A stretch of DNA of 64,000 nt. Source: Raja brachyura (Eukaryota). The stretch is from positions 24,800,001 to 24,864,000 of the forward strand of contig OY740813.1 in assembly GCA_963514005.1 (NCBI GenBank). Reading direction: 5' to 3'. Both the position numbers and the translations under genes were made by a program. Within the stretch, counting starts at the first letter, position 1. Each line of letters opens with the position of its first letter. A model generated the notes under the pieces. It was not told the DNA's origin and made no database searches. It saw only the letters and a list, made by a program, of their open reading frames with translations. Positions 14,017 to 27,532 of the stretch are shown one piece after another.

Positions 14017-14175
14017 GTTCAGAAAGAACTGCAGATGCTGGAAATTGAAGGTAGACAAAAATGCTGGAGAAAATCAGCGGGTGAGGCACCATCTATGGAG
14101 AGAAAGAATATGCGACGTTTCGGGTCAAGACCCGAAACGTCGCCTATTCTTTCTCTCCATAGATGCTGCTTCACC
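14017..14175. mobile_element. Palindromic Penelope-like-derived short element with TSD
   Basis: Near-perfect hairpin centred on gacgtttcgggtc-aa-gacccgaaacgtc. Flanked by tatTtaattaaatg (14003-14016) and tatGtaattaaatg (14176-14189). Confidence 0.8.
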
Positions 14176-14974
14176 TATGTAATTAAATGAGTCATTTGAG
14201 TCATATCGCACAGAAACAAGTCATTCGGACCACCATGTTCCTGCCAACCTCTTTGCTGATTTACATTGATCCCATTTGCCTGCATTAACCGTTTCCTTCA
14301 ATGCCGTGGCTATTTACATGACATCTAAATGCCTTTTAAACATAGTAATTCCACCAAATTCCACCATCTCCTCTGGCAGTGTCCCAGATATTAATGTTCA
14401 ATGTTTTTTTAATTGTCACGCATGCTTTGTTTTGCATGCTATATAACATCAGATAATACTGTACAGAAAAATACAATCAAGTTAACTCTAGTACAATAGA
14501 AAGGGGAAGATACAGAGTGCAGTGAAATTCTATTGCACAACCTACAAATGGACAGTCGCCGTATTTTGGCATCATATTAAGCACTCTGTGTAGAAAGAAC
14601 TTACCCCTCAGAACCTCTTTAAAACTCCTTCCTCTCATCTTAAACCTAGGCCTTTTGTTTTGATACCCCTATCATGCTATCGCCCCTATATATCTTGCCA
14701 TGGTTCTCATAATCTTAAATACATATCAGAATCTTTCAAATTTAAGAGCTTTGTGTCATTGGCTTATGACATTTCTTTAAATGTTGGTACTTGCATTGTT
14801 TAGTATCAATGTGAAGGCTGTGTTGTAAACTGTTTTTGTAGCTGGTGCCATTTTGCAGCTATCTCACTTGGTCATTATCTCACAATATAACTTTGGTTTT
14901 ATTTCATGTTTTGCTCTTCAGTTTTGAGGTGATATTACCAGATTTAATTTGTTTGCCAATCCTAGTACCACCTT

Positions 14975-15570
14975 AGGTTTAGGTTTATTACTGTCACGTT
15001 GTTTTGCATGCTATAAAACATCAGATAATACCGTACATAAAATTACAATCAAGTTAACTCGAGTACAATAGATAGGCAAAGCGGAAGATACAGGGTGCAG
15101 GATTTAGTTATTTGCGTTGTAGCGCATCTATTCTATGGACAGTGTCCAACATCCGCAATGGAGTCGAGTTGAATCGGATAGTCTTCCGGACGGGAGCAGG
15201 GAGAAGAAGGAATGAATGGGGTGGGACGAGTCTTTGATTATCTTGCTTGCTTTTCCGAGGCTATGTGAAGTGTAGATGGAGTTAATGGAGAGAAATCTGG
15301 TCCATATGATGGACTGGGCTGCATCCGAAACTCTGCAATTTCTTGCGGTCTTGGGCAGAGCTTTTACAAACCAAGCTGTAATGCAACCTGACAATATGCT
15401 TTATGTGGTGAATTTGCACAAGTTTGCTAAGAGTCATTGGAAACATGTTGATTTTCCTTACTCTCGTTCTAGAGGCATGATGTGCCTCCTTGGCTGTCAC
15501 ATCAATGCGGTTAAAACACCACAGATCGTTGGTAATATTAACGCTAAGGAACATTAAGCTGTTTGTTAAA
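14975..15570 (-). mobile_element. Rex1/Babar-type LINE 3' fragment (RT C-terminal region plus 3' UTR)
   Basis: Frameshifted peptides SGCITAWF..., DRKKLQ, AAQSII, KASKIIKDSSHPIHSFFSLLPSGR. The 3' UTR portion recurs at about 14400-14525. Confidence 0.75.
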
Positions 15571-15943
15571 CTCCACTGATGAAGGAATAAAGAACATGTT
15601 ATCAATGTGTTGTTATGTATCCAGACTAAACCAACATCTGTACAGGAATTGGAGTCTACTAGTTGTCTTTAAAAAAGATACTACTACCACAGAAGAATAT
15701 AGCTGTAAATAACACAATGAGAGAGAAATTCACCCTTGGTGTTAGTGCCAAAGCATGCGAGAATATTGACCACCAGTGGAGATATTGCAATTGAGTAACC
15801 AACTGTAAGTAGAACAGGCACCCACTTCTCAAATGCATTCAGCGCTAATGACCACAGATGGATTTCTTCCCATGTACTTCATTACAGCTTGTATTTTAAT
15901 GCCATGGTTTCAACTTGCTTGCCCCTGAGTAGGTTATTTTCTT

Positions 15944-16163
15944 GTGTAGGAAGGAACTGCAGATGCTGGTTTAAACCAAAGATAGACACAAAATGCTGGA
16001 GTAACTCAGCGGGACAGGCAGTTTCTCTGGAGAGCAGGAATGCGTGATACTTCCGGTCGATACATGCTGGAGTAACTCAGTCTGAAGAAGGGTCTTGACC
16101 CATTCCTTCTTTCCAGGGATGCTGCCTGTCCCGCTGAGTTACTCCAGCATTTTATGTCTATCT
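15944..16163. mobile_element. Palindromic Penelope-like-derived short element with perfect 14-bp TSD
   Basis: TSD taggttattttctt at 15930-15943 and 16164-16177. Inverted arms agatagacacaaaatgctggagtaactcagcgggacaggca / tgcctgtcccgctgagttactccagcattttatgtctatct. Confidence 0.85.
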
Positions 16164-16503
16164 TAGGTTATTTTCTTCCACAGCAGACTTTCATTTAGTT
16201 GGTTAGTGTAGCCATACTGCAGTTGCTTGAATCTACACAATTGTGGTGTTTACATTTCTAAATCTTTGTTGGGTTCAATGCTGTTGTCATATAAGATTTA
16301 TTCCACACCTCTTGAGTGTAAAATAAGCACAGCCACACATCTTGGCCCGACACATGTCACTACTCCTTTGATTCTGCGATTCCACAGTTGATGTCCTTTG
16401 ATGCTGATGTGTAATAGATCGATGAGCACTTGCTTCACTGCTGATTTCAAAATAATTTAGTTGGATGCTAGTTGGTGTCCTTAAGTTACCGTTTTTTGCA
16501 TGA

Positions 16504-16782
<279 letters not shown>

Positions 16783-17339
16783 TGAACATTAATAAAATTA
16801 GTTTTAAGCGTTGCACTGAAGTATGTGATAATGTGACCGAAAGGGTTTGTTGTGCACATTCTCTGCGGCTTTGCTTTGATAATATCTTCATTATATTATA
16901 TAGTGAGAAATGGACCCGCTCTGAATGCAGCTGAAATCCATAAAGTGCTGTACAGTTTAATTATCACCAACTGATTTTGAATTTGAACAAACTGGAACAG
17001 TGCTTTCCTGGAACAATTGTCTCCAGCTGCAGTTTTTCCCTGCCAACTTCTGAACAAAGAAGTCAAACCATTGTTTCTGCAGATTTTGCCCCAGCACCTC
17101 TTGTGTACACAACTGTATGCAAATGTGTATCAACTATTGTAAATTTGGAAGTGCAAGTAAAACAAGCAAAGAGAAGGAGTGAGAAACTTTGATTCCTGGC
17201 TGTGGGAAAAAAGGCTATTCTTATCTCTACAAATAGGTTTCACTGCTTCATAGAAAAAAAGCCATGCCTTTGTTTGCATTATTTTCCAATGAGGCTGGGA
17301 AAATCAGAGATTTGTAGAGAGCAATGGCCATTGTAGCAT

Positions 17340-17690
17340 GACGCAGAGTGCTGGAGGAACTTGGCTGCTCAGGCAGCAGGGAATGGACTGGCAACCTTTT
17401 AGATCGGGACCCTTCTTCAGCAGTATTATAGTTGGGGGAAGAAAGCTAGAAAGGAGAGGTGGGGATGGGACAAAGCATGACTTGTGAAGGTGGAAAAAAA
17501 TAGCTGGAGTAATTCAGCAGGACACGCAGCATCTCTGGATAGAAGAAATGGGTGACGTTTTAGCTCGAGACCCTTCTCCGAAACATCACCCATTCCTTCT
17601 ATCCAGAGATGCTGCCTGATCTGCTGAGTTACTCCAGCATTTTGTGTCCATCTGACAGGTGATAGATGGATACAGGTGAGGGGCTTTTGT
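17340..17690. mobile_element. Two nested Penelope-like-derived short elements
   Basis: An older arm (17345-17420, continuing to about 17690) contains a younger palindromic copy at about 17495-17650. Confidence 0.65.
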
Positions 17691-18039
17691 TGGACTACTT
17701 CAGCATGTCTGTATGCCATAAGAGGGGATAATAAGGCTAAGTCCAAGGCAACAGCGTTCTATGACAGAGTGTTTGACCAAATTCTGTCAAAAAACGAATG
17801 ATTTCTGATATTGTTCACTAGCTCTGGTTAATCTAGATGCTGAGGTTAATGGTAAATTAAAAATGGTTAATGTTGCCATGGCCACAAATTAAACCTGGAA
17901 ACTATGGTCATAATAGGTCAGTGTTGAGCAGACAGCTGAACTTGCGTTCTAAATATCTCCTTGGAAAAAAATAAGATGACATTGAATATTTAGAATCATA
18001 ATGTCCCAAAATAATGTGCAACCATGTAATTCATCCATT

Positions 18040-18362
18040 CATCATCGTTGAAAACATTAGCGACACAGTGGTGCTGGTGTCCAACGGGAACAGTGACGGA
18101 CGCACCACACATCTCTGTCCCCCAGTCCCTGCGGACCTCTGCCGCTGGAAGTATAAGATTTTGGTGTGTGTGCTTTATCATCATTCCTTACAACGCTATG
18201 TACGACAGTGAGCGCAACTTCTACTGAAGTGTGGATGGCTCACTAGAAGCTCATCCGCCCTTTGACAGGTCTTGTTTTTGGTCCTGCTGGGGGTCCACAG
18301 CCCCCTCCTCACCCGGCAAACCAGGTGGGGGAGACGGTTTAATCGCCGACTATCCGACCATA
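18040..18362. repeat. Unclassified GC/CpG-rich interspersed repeat fragment
   Basis: Abrupt CpG-rich island in an AT-rich intron with no convincing ORF; family not recognised. Confidence 0.45.
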
Positions 18363-18489
18363 ATACACTCATAAAGAGTTGTCATTCCTATTATGTGGGC
18401 ACATTCAGGGTCCTATGCCATGGAAAATGCTGTAAACGTCAATTAAATAAAGAAGCAGTCAAATTATTTTTGTGGTATTGGTAAAAGTA

Positions 18490-18660
18490 TAAATATTGTT
18501 CGGGAGATCTTTTACATGAATCCAAACAGGCAGACAGAGCCTCACTTAGACATCTGAGTCAAAGATGTCACCTCCAACAATGCAGGACACTACTGCACTA
18601 TTAGTCTTGATTATCTTCTGACCGCAAGGCTAGAGAGCCTTGGCTGAATTAAGCTGACAC
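18490..18660 (-). mobile_element. Ancient Deu-domain-type SINE remnant (SacSINE1-like)
   Basis: gatcttttacat..caggcagacagagcctc..atgtcacctccaacaatgcag..ctactgcact..gattat..cttctgac resembles the reverse of shark DeuSINEs (recognised from memory). Confidence 0.55.
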
Positions 18661-19309
18661 TTGTGTATGATTAATCTCACTAAATGACCGCATCTGATTT
18701 CTGAGCTGAAATGGCAGATGATGACTTCTAGGGAAAAAAAGAGAAAAACTAGTTTGAAGAATTCATTCGCTCTTCAGTGATGCTAATCTTTGTTCTGACA
18801 TGCCACTGCTAGGTAGTATATTTATGTAATTAGAATTTGGGATTTATATCATGCTTTCCTTATTTCCTGAAAAACAATTTTGTGGGTGTTATATTCAGCA
18901 TTTTCAATGACCTCTTTGCTTTGTTTCTGATTGTGATTATTTTCCCATCTATGAATATGCTGACATAATTAGAATCCTAAAGAAAGGAAAGATAGGATAA
19001 AAAGAAAGCAACAGTCTCCATTTCCTGGGCTATAAACACCTTATTACTTGAATGGAAGAAATCTTAAGGATAAGAAGTATTTATGGGAGTATATGAAAAC
19101 AAGACCTGTCAAAATGAGCAACCGGCTTTTCTAACCTGCGACACTTCAAAATATTTCATTGACTTTTAATTTGCTTTGGAATGTTTTAAGTTGGTGAAAA
19201 TCAAGCTATAGTATTGTAGCTCATGCCTGGTTGGTGGAATTTAATCACTTGATCATTAGATTGGTGGAACATGGACAATTTGAGGATAAAGTTGCAGTGT
19301 TGGTCTGTA

Positions 19310-19876
19310 TCGGGGATGTTACAGTTGTACAAGATGTTGGTGATTCTGTATTTGGAGTCTTGTGTTCAGTTTTGGTCACCCTGTTAGAGGCAGGATGTTG
19401 TTAAGCTGGAAAGAGCGCAGAGAAGATTTACGAGGATGCTGCCAGGACTTGAGGGCCTGAGCTACAGGGAGAGTTCGGGCAGGCTAAGAGTTTATTCCTT
19501 TAGAGAGGATGAGGGGTGATCTTATTGAGGTGCATAATATCATGAGGGGAATAGATAAGGTAAATGCACTGAGTGTTTTATTCAGAATAGGGGAATCGAG
19601 AACCAGGAGACATAGGTTTAAGTTGAAGGGGGAAATATATAATAGGCACCTAAAGGGTAACTTTTCACACAGACGGCGGTGGGTATATGGAACGAGCTGC
19701 CAGAGGAGATGGTTGAGCAGGTACTATAGCAACATTTAAAACCCAAGGTACATGGATAAAAGGGTTTAGAGGGATATGTGCCAAATGCAGGCAGGTGGGA
19801 CTAGTGTGGATGGGGCATCCTGATTGGCTTGGGCACTTTGGGCTGAAGAGCCTGTTTCTTTGCCTTCTGACTCTAT
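19310..19876 (+). mobile_element. CR1-like LINE 3' fragment
   Basis: Peptide RGDLIEVHNIMRGIDKVN...SRTRRHRFKLKG, then a CR1 3' UTR ending gcctgtttct...ctgactctat. Confidence 0.85.
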
Positions 19877-20963
19877 CCCCTTGTGATCAGTGTTGAGTTG
19901 CCCAGTCTGGTCTCGGAGCTGTTGGTATTGGCATCATCACTAGAGTAGAATAAATCAGCAACTTACAATTGTTTGAAATTTTATATATACGAGTGAAGAT
20001 GGGCTAATTAGTTATCTGCATCTGTATTTAATGATTAAACTATGTTGATCTAATACAAACATATTTTGTTTACATTTGAAAGCCCTTCCCAACAAAGTAA
20101 TCTAACAGATTAATGTTTCAATTTATACTTTATGTTTACACCACAGTTAGTCGAAGCCTGGGATATGGTTGTCAGTATTGGAAGGAAATCCAACTGAAAT
20201 TATGATTTTCTAACTTCCCTATACAAGATCAAATCTGATACCATGTCAACACATGAATTAAGAGCAGGAGTAGGCCACTTGGCTGCTCAGTAAAATCACT
20301 GTTCCTCTTAATTTGTAACCTACCCATCCCAGACACCTTTCACCCCTTTTCTTATTGAAAATCTATTTACTCTGCCTTCAAATATTCAAAGACACCGCTT
20401 CGACCATTCTTTGAGGACAAGAGATCTAATGATTCATCACCTTCAGAAACAAAAGTATTTGCCTCATCTCTACTGTAAAATGGTAACCCCTTATGTAAAG
20501 CAGCGACTTGTAGTTCAAGAAACATCCTTTTAATTAAAATTCTACTAAATGTCAACCTAGCCTATCCCACCTTTTCTCATACATTAACCTGCTCCTTCCA
20601 GGTATAATTCTAATCCACCTACATTGAAATGAATGTATTGTATAAAACATACTGAAGGTAAGAATGTAAACTACTACACGACAAACCTAGCTATTTTCTG
20701 GAGAAATTCTTACAATGACATCTGTGCACGGACTTTGATATGTGCGTCCAGCAGATTTACAAACTTACTGAAATATGGAGATCAATACTGTATCCACTTC
20801 TCCAGATGTGGTCTTACCAGCACATCAGGTAACTGATGTATTTAATACCCCTTACAATTAAAGAAAACATTCTGTTACTTACACGGTCTGTATATTAACC
20901 TTTCACAAATCATGCACTGAGATGCCTTTTCCATGTAGCTTTACATTTTCCCACATTACACAC

Positions 20964-21079
20964 TTCTTCTTCTTGCGTATGGCGTGCACAGCCTAAAGTT
21001 GGAGGACAACTTGTTCTATTTGATCATACTTGATTGTGCACGCCAGATTGATTGCATTCGTCGAAACAGTCTCCCACCC
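20964..21079 (-). mobile_element. 116-bp retroposed element with (GAA)n tail and 14-bp TSD, inside an old minus-strand CR1
   Basis: TSD cccacattacacac at 20950-20963 and 21080-21093. ttcttcttctt at the left end; internal inverted repeat ggcgtgcaca/tgtgcacgcc. Confidence 0.8.
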
Positions 21080-22807
21080 CCCACATTACACACCATTTGC
21101 CAGATCTCTGCCCATTCATAACCTACTTTTTTCCTATATACCTTTGTCTTTTTTATAACTTTCTTTCCTGTCCATCATGGTGCCAGCAACAAATTCAGAA
21201 ATCTTAGTAAATTCATCCTTTTATCCACAGAACATTAATACTTCAAAGAACACCAATAAACTGATCAAATATGATTTATCTGTCACAAAACTATTTTTAC
21301 TTTGCCTGATTAGCCTGAATTGTTCAAGTACTTTGCTGCCACATCATTAATGATAGCCGTGTTTTCCCTGCTTCAACTACTGAGGCATCTAGTCTGTAGT
21401 TTACTGTCTTGTGTTCCTGTCCATTTTTGAATAATGCTACTTTAGAAGAACATTCCCCGTTTCTAGGGAATTTTGAGGGGAAAAAAACAGCGCTCTAACT
21501 ATCTCATCTACTTCTTTTAAGGCTTTTAGATGAAGTCCTTCAGGAGCCTAGAACATGCCATCCTAAAGCCACCTCCCTGGTGATTGTATTGTCTTGAATT
21601 TCTCTCTGCCTTCCAATTCCCGATTTACAGCTTTATCCAGGATGCTACTTGTTTCCTCCGTAATGAAGATGCATATTTAATGTAGATTTAATTCATCGCT
21701 ATTTTTATTATCAATTCCACAAACTCACTTTCTCAAGGACCAACGCACACTTTGATAATTCTTATTTTTAGAATATCTATGGAATTTCTTACTATCTGTT
21801 TTTACATTTTTGCCAACTTTGTCTCATTTTATATCCTTTGAACTTCGATCCTTAGAGCCCTGTGGTGGGTGCAGCAGCCCACTCAGAGTATTTCATTAAA
21901 GTAAACCTTATTACAGTTCTCATCAACCTGCTTGGTTGTGTAAACTTCACGTGCCACCGTAAATGAAATGTTACCTAGCAACCATAGGAAGTGTGAAGAT
22001 TTAACTGGAATAGAAGCCGGAGGGCTTCATTGGACCCATTAACGTACATTTTTATAATTGCCATCTTAAAGGATATTTTTAATCTGAAAAACTCCTTTCC
22101 CTAAATGTCATGTAATGAAAAAATCATTGGTACTGATCTCAGTCTGTCATTGCTTCAGGTTACTGCATCTATTTCAGTACATGTTGCAAGAAATGGTCAT
22201 CATTACAAAACCAATACGTTCGGGCATCAATTTAAAACAAACTCTGCTATCAATTAATGCACCATAATTTTCTCTTTGGGGCCATGTAAATGTTTTTACT
22301 CAAATTAAACAGTTATCTCTTACATGATATTTAAGGTTATGTCTATTTTGCATTAAAGGGTCCCCACTGTTGGTGTAGATATTTATAAAATCGATCTGTG
22401 CAAGACGTAATTATAACAGTATTATTCATATTTTTTGCGGATCCTTTGGTACTATTTTTGGCTTTAACATCAAGGATTACACATTTATCATTGGCATCCC
22501 ACATGCAATTGATCTTGTCTCATTGCATGCTCTTTGTTTTTTTAGCTAGTTCCCACAAATTTATGCAACTGTAACTCATTCAATCTTTTCTAGTATACTT
22601 TTCACCTTGTGAAAAGTACATTTTGAAGATATATAGCCACGTGCTTCCACTTGTATTTGACTGATCGGCAAATCCTACTTCTATTTGGTACATGTAACCC
22701 ATGTATTGCGTGGTGTCGCATTAATAGTTTCAGTTGAGCATATCCTACTCATTCAGAAATGTTGATGCTTTTACATCTTGCCTCATTGTAACAATTGGGA
22801 TGTTGCT

Positions 22808-23465
22808 GAAAGTAAGCATGCAGGTACAGCTGGCAGTGAAGAAAGCAAATGGCATGTTGGCCTTTATAGCGAGAGTATTTGAGAGTATTTGAGTATAGGA
22901 GCAAGAGGCCCTACTGCAGTTGTACAGGACCCTGGTGAAACAAAACCTGGAGTATTGTGTGCAGTTTTGGTCTCCTAATGTGAGGAAGGACATTTTTGCT
23001 ATTGTGGGAGTGCAGCGTAGGTTCTCCAGGTTAATTCCCGGGATGGCGGGACTAACATATGATTAAAGAATGCATCAACTGGGCTTATATTCACTGGAAT
23101 TTAGAAGGAGGAGAGGGGTTCTTATAGAAACATATAAAATTATTAAGTGATTGGACAGGATAGATGCAGGAAAAAAATTATTGATGTTGGGTCCAGAACC
23201 AGGGGTCACAGCTTAAGAATAAAGGGTAGGCCATTTAGGACTCGGATGAGGAAAATCCTTTTCACTCAGAGAGTTGTGAATCTGTGGAATTCTCTGTAAC
23301 AGAAGGCAGTGGAGGCCAATTCACTGGATGTTTTCAAGAGATTTAGATAGGGAAACTGAATCAAGGGATTGGGGAGAAAGCAGGAATGGGGTACTGATTT
23401 AGGATGATTAGCCATGATCATCTCAAAGGGCTGAATGGCCTCCTACACCTATTTTCTATGTTACT
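22808..23465 (+). mobile_element. Relatively young CR1-like LINE 3' fragment
   Basis: QLAVKKANGMLAFI..., LEYCVQFWSP, and tail gaatggcctcct.cacctattttctatgtt; same subfamily as 36310-36989. Confidence 0.9.
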
Positions 23466-24544
23466 ATCAAGGCAGCAATTCAATATCATCATCCAGGTTG
23501 ACTTCAAGCACTTTGGTTGGAACCAAGAACCATAATTCATTGGGGACAGATATAGTGGGTGACATTTGTCAAGGTGCATAATTTAGGATCCTTTTTACAT
23601 ATCTGTGGGATTCACACATTAAATAAATTGTTAGCTATATTTTCAAATGGGAATGTGGCATGAAATATTCAGCAGAAATGTTCCCCCTTTTCATCGACAC
23701 TAGCGCCTTAATATATATTTTTCTAAAATGGAATCGAGCAACAACCATGACAGACTCTTTAAAAAATCAAATATGAGATTGTACACCTCCACCTATACAC
23801 CTCCCTCAGTTCAAATTGTGTCGTGGTACTAGAGTGGCAGAAAATTGCTGCCTCTTATTAGGTAACAACGTATGTTTCGATGTTCACAAAATAAATCATG
23901 GACACCAAATTCCGGCAGTTATAATTTGATGAATTTAGTGTGGTAATGTGTTGTACCTGCGCTTATTTAGCTGGGCTCAACAACTAGGATGGAATGTTCT
24001 GAGTAATTCGGCAGTTGTAAATGAATAAATTCTGGAGGTAAAGTACAATGCACCGCTGTAACTATATGGTGCATTTAGCGCCACTGACCTCCGAAGTATT
24101 TCTAGCCAATTATATTTGGACTTGGGGAAAGCAAAAATGAAGACAAATGAAGGCTCCAAGATACAGGGTGCTCTTATGAAATACTTGACTGTATGTTTAT
24201 TTAAACTGCATGTACTATTTTATTCATGAACATTGTTTTTATTCATGAGAGCAATTTACTCTTTTTTTTGTTGCTGATGCCTCTAACCTCCATTTCTGAC
24301 TGTGTACGTCGGGCTGCAAAACGTTCATCAATTGCAGGCATGTAGTCTTCTGTAATGGTGACATCTATAAAGCTGATGAACAATAACTATCGATGACCAT
24401 TTCATTAGAGCAGTTATTTTTGAGAACCATTGGCAAGGACTGCAGATGAAATAAAAACATACTTTTTTCAATTGATGTTTTATGTATGGCCCATTGTTAC
24501 ATTCCAAAACCAAAGAAATGCACACACACACATGCTCAATTCTA

Positions 24545-24680
24545 TATGCCATCTATATCTCTCGTTTCCCTTTCCCCGACTCTTAGTCTGAAGAAGAGTC
24601 TTGACCCGAAACGTCACTTATCCCTTTTCTCCAGAAATGCTGCCTGATCCGCTGAGTTACTCCAGCATTTTCTGTGCCTG
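24545..24680 (+). mobile_element. Penelope-like-derived short element carrying the best-preserved hammerhead-like core
   Basis: agt-CTGAAGA-a-gagt-cttg-accc-GAAAC-GTC-act at 24585-24618. Confidence 0.7.
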
Positions 24681-24924
24681 TCTGTCTTCACTCATTTCTT
24701 TCCCTATTTATTCACAGACTAATTGTAGATGGTTCATTGGATACTGGCAATGCTTTTTAGTGTCACACATTTGACTGCCACTGAGCCTCCTTTTCCGGCA
24801 GCATTCTGGGAGTATGTTCACCAGAAGCTTAAACATCACCTTCTCGTGCCATATGGTGGCCTTGCACACTGAAAATTAAATATATTTTTCTCAGTAATCC
24901 TCATTTGTGCAGACAGTCACAGCC

Positions 24925-25195
24925 TGTAAGGCAACTGCTCTGCTCTTGACTGCCTGAAGCTGCAGAGAATGGTGAACACAGCCCAGTCCATCACAGATTT
25001 GTCACTTCCTTCCATCCAGTCCATCTAATCAGTGCATTGCATCAGGAAGGCTTTAAGTACCATAAAGGACGCCTGTCACCTTAGCCATTCTCCTTGCTCT
25101 CATATACCTTCTGGGAGAAGATATAGAAGAAAGATTGTACATTCAGGCATAAGAACAACTTCTTCCCTATTGCTATCAGACGCCTGAACCGATCG
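24925..25195 (+). mobile_element. Old Rex1-type LINE fragment
   Basis: ggcaactgctctgc..aagctgcagagaatggtgaacacagcccagtccatcac..ccttctgggagaagatat (GNCSA..KLQRMVNTAQSIT..PSGRRY-like). Confidence 0.6.
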
Positions 25196-25238
25196 CTTCC
25201 TTCACATCCCCATCCTTATGTGTTGACACATACTCTCA

Positions 25239-25837
25239 AGCCCTTGTCCCACTTGGGAGATTTGTTCGGCGACCACAGGCGGCTAGGCTGTCACTACATG
25301 GTCGTGAGTAGTCTCCTCAAGTCGCCTAAAGAGTGGTAACGTTTTTCTGATTGCCGCTGGATTTTGAAATGTTCAAAACGTTTCGGCGACTGTGGGCTTG
25401 ACATACTTGTTTTTTTCTGTCGTAGGTTGTGGCCAGGATGACGCAGGTTGTCGCCAGGTGACATTGATTGTCGCGGGTGCTGACGTCGGTGAATTCCATT
25501 GGCGACTACCTACGTCAACCGGCGACTGAATTGACTTCAGTTGTCTTCATTTGTCGCCGACAGGATCATTGCTTGTCGTAGCTTGTCGTGGGTGGACCTA
25601 GGTTGACTTTGGTTGTCGTAGGTTGTTGCCTGTGTGGTCATGAGTGTGGCCGTAAGTGAACATCCTAATGGGTCGCCGGCTATTGGTAGCTTGCCATAGC
25701 TTGACGTCAACTAGGTGGTAGGTTGTTGTAGCTTGTCGTAGACTTTGTCGTGGGGGGGGTCCAGTCGCTGCTTTTTTGGCGACCTGCTACAACTCTTGAC
25801 AGTCGCTGAAAAAAAACGCCTCAGTGGGACAGGCCCT
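25239..25837. mobile_element. PIF/Harbinger-type MITE (copy 1)
   Basis: TIRs agcccttgtcccact / agtgggacaggccct; flanks TCA / TTA; CpG-rich interior of gtcg/ttgtcg reiterations. Confidence 0.75.
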
Positions 25838-26480
25838 TTACTCTTATTTTACCTCAAGTTGAGTTTATTGTCATATGCACAAGAATGGAGAGGCATAGGT
25901 ACAATGAAAGTCTTGCTTGCCGCAGCATCACAGGCACATAGAAAACAAATTCTACATAAATTATATGTAACATCTACAATACAGTGCAAAAACGTCTGAA
26001 ATAAATGAGGCATTGTGCAAAACACAATGAGTAAACCAGTCCTAGATAGTGCAAGGAGTGTTCAATTGGTGACTTAGGGGTGTGCAGGTTGGTTCAAGAA
26101 CCTGAAGGATACCGGAAAGCATTTTGGGACATTTGGTTTGTACAAATGCGTTACGATTGGCAAGAAGTCCTTCAACATTTGGCACTGACTCCCAGTGCTC
26201 CAATGGTGGAGAGCATCTGTCAAATTGTGAAAATAACTGATTGGAATCAAGCAACAATAAGGGAACAATAAGGGTAGGAAAAGTCCCAGGCTATTGTTTT
26301 AAATATAATTAGGATATACAAATTTGTTGAATCCCAACGCAGTTAGAAAGCTTAAATTCTTACTTAAATCCATAATAAAAATATGATTAGCTTTAATGAC
26401 TGTGAATTTATATGATTGTTGTAAAAAATGCATCTGATGTGCCAATGTTCTTTTAGGGAGTTAAATCTCCCACCCTTATT

Positions 26481-27532
26481 TAGCAATGTTACAAAATTTT
26501 GAGATTTTAAAAATCAAGTCTGAAATTTATCTCATCAGATAATGCATATAAAGAAGTTTAATTTGACACCTAATTCACTTTCATATCTTCAGTATTACAA
26601 AAGATATGGCCATTTTCATACTCGGAAATTAGCATCTTGTTCCCTATTGCTTTTCCATTGACTTAACACAAAAGTTGTGATCGAGGACAGTCAAAAGCCC
26701 ATAACTTTATTAAAAATTAAGAGAACTGAAAGAAATTTCCAGTTATTATAGATTGAAGCATTCTGAAACAAATATGAAACAATCTTACTTGGATGACCTG
26801 AAATTAAAGCATATAATTAGTTACCCAATTGTAGCTAATTACAAAATTCAATTACTAGATCTAAACATCTATCCATTTCTTAAGAAAATATTAACATTTT
26901 TTTAAAAGCCTAATTGTCCAAATAACATTCACACACGAATTCACAATATAACATGATTTTTAAATCTAATTGTCATTAATTTATAGGCCAAATTGAAGGA
27001 ATTTAGTGTTTAATGCCCGTAAATTAATGGCCATTTAAATCAGCTTGCGAGTGGGATTTTCCGGAATTGGAAATGGATTGGAACGTTGCGGTTGCGGTTA
27101 ATTTAAACCCAATATTGGCAGGAAAAATACTGCCGGTTAATATGGGGAACAAATCACCGTTTCACAACATGAAATGTTGATTAAGGTAATCTAAACAAGC
27201 AAGTTTATATGAAAAAATAAACAGCTTTCATTTACATGTCCCCTATGTAAAATCTGTTCCCGTTGTCGGTGTTCACGGCATTAGGAGCTAATTTTTATTT
27301 TACTGCAGTGCTGAAATAGTCGGGCGATTTAAAAAAAAAAAAAAAAATTCACTTATCGGCCGTCGGAACGAATCTCCAGAAAAAGCTTGCACTCCGAGAA
27401 AATATAATTCCAGATGGCAAGGGAATACCGCATTTTAACCCCCCCCCCCCCCCCCTCAAAGGCGCCAAAGACGCGCACACGGCCAGTGACAGAACTGCAG
27501 CGCCGCTCAAGGTAAATTTTGTAACATACCTA
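26481..27532. mobile_element. Non-autonomous DNA transposon (hAT-like), about 1.05 kb
   Basis: TIRs TAGCAATGTTACAAAATTT / AAATTTTGTAACATACCTA; duplicated flank ccttatt at 26474-26480 and 27533-27539; no ORF. Confidence 0.8.

Noticed and set aside
14400-15110. About 110-bp direct repeat (14410-14525 and 14990-15105) resembling LTRs
   Set aside because: Both match the 3' UTR of the Rex1-type LINE, and there are no TG..CA ends, PBS or internal gag/pol.
14017-16163. Long hairpins that could be taken for pre-miRNAs, terminators or CRISPR-like repeats
   Set aside because: They are dispersed multi-copy mobile elements with TSDs, with no regular repeat-spacer array, in a vertebrate intron.
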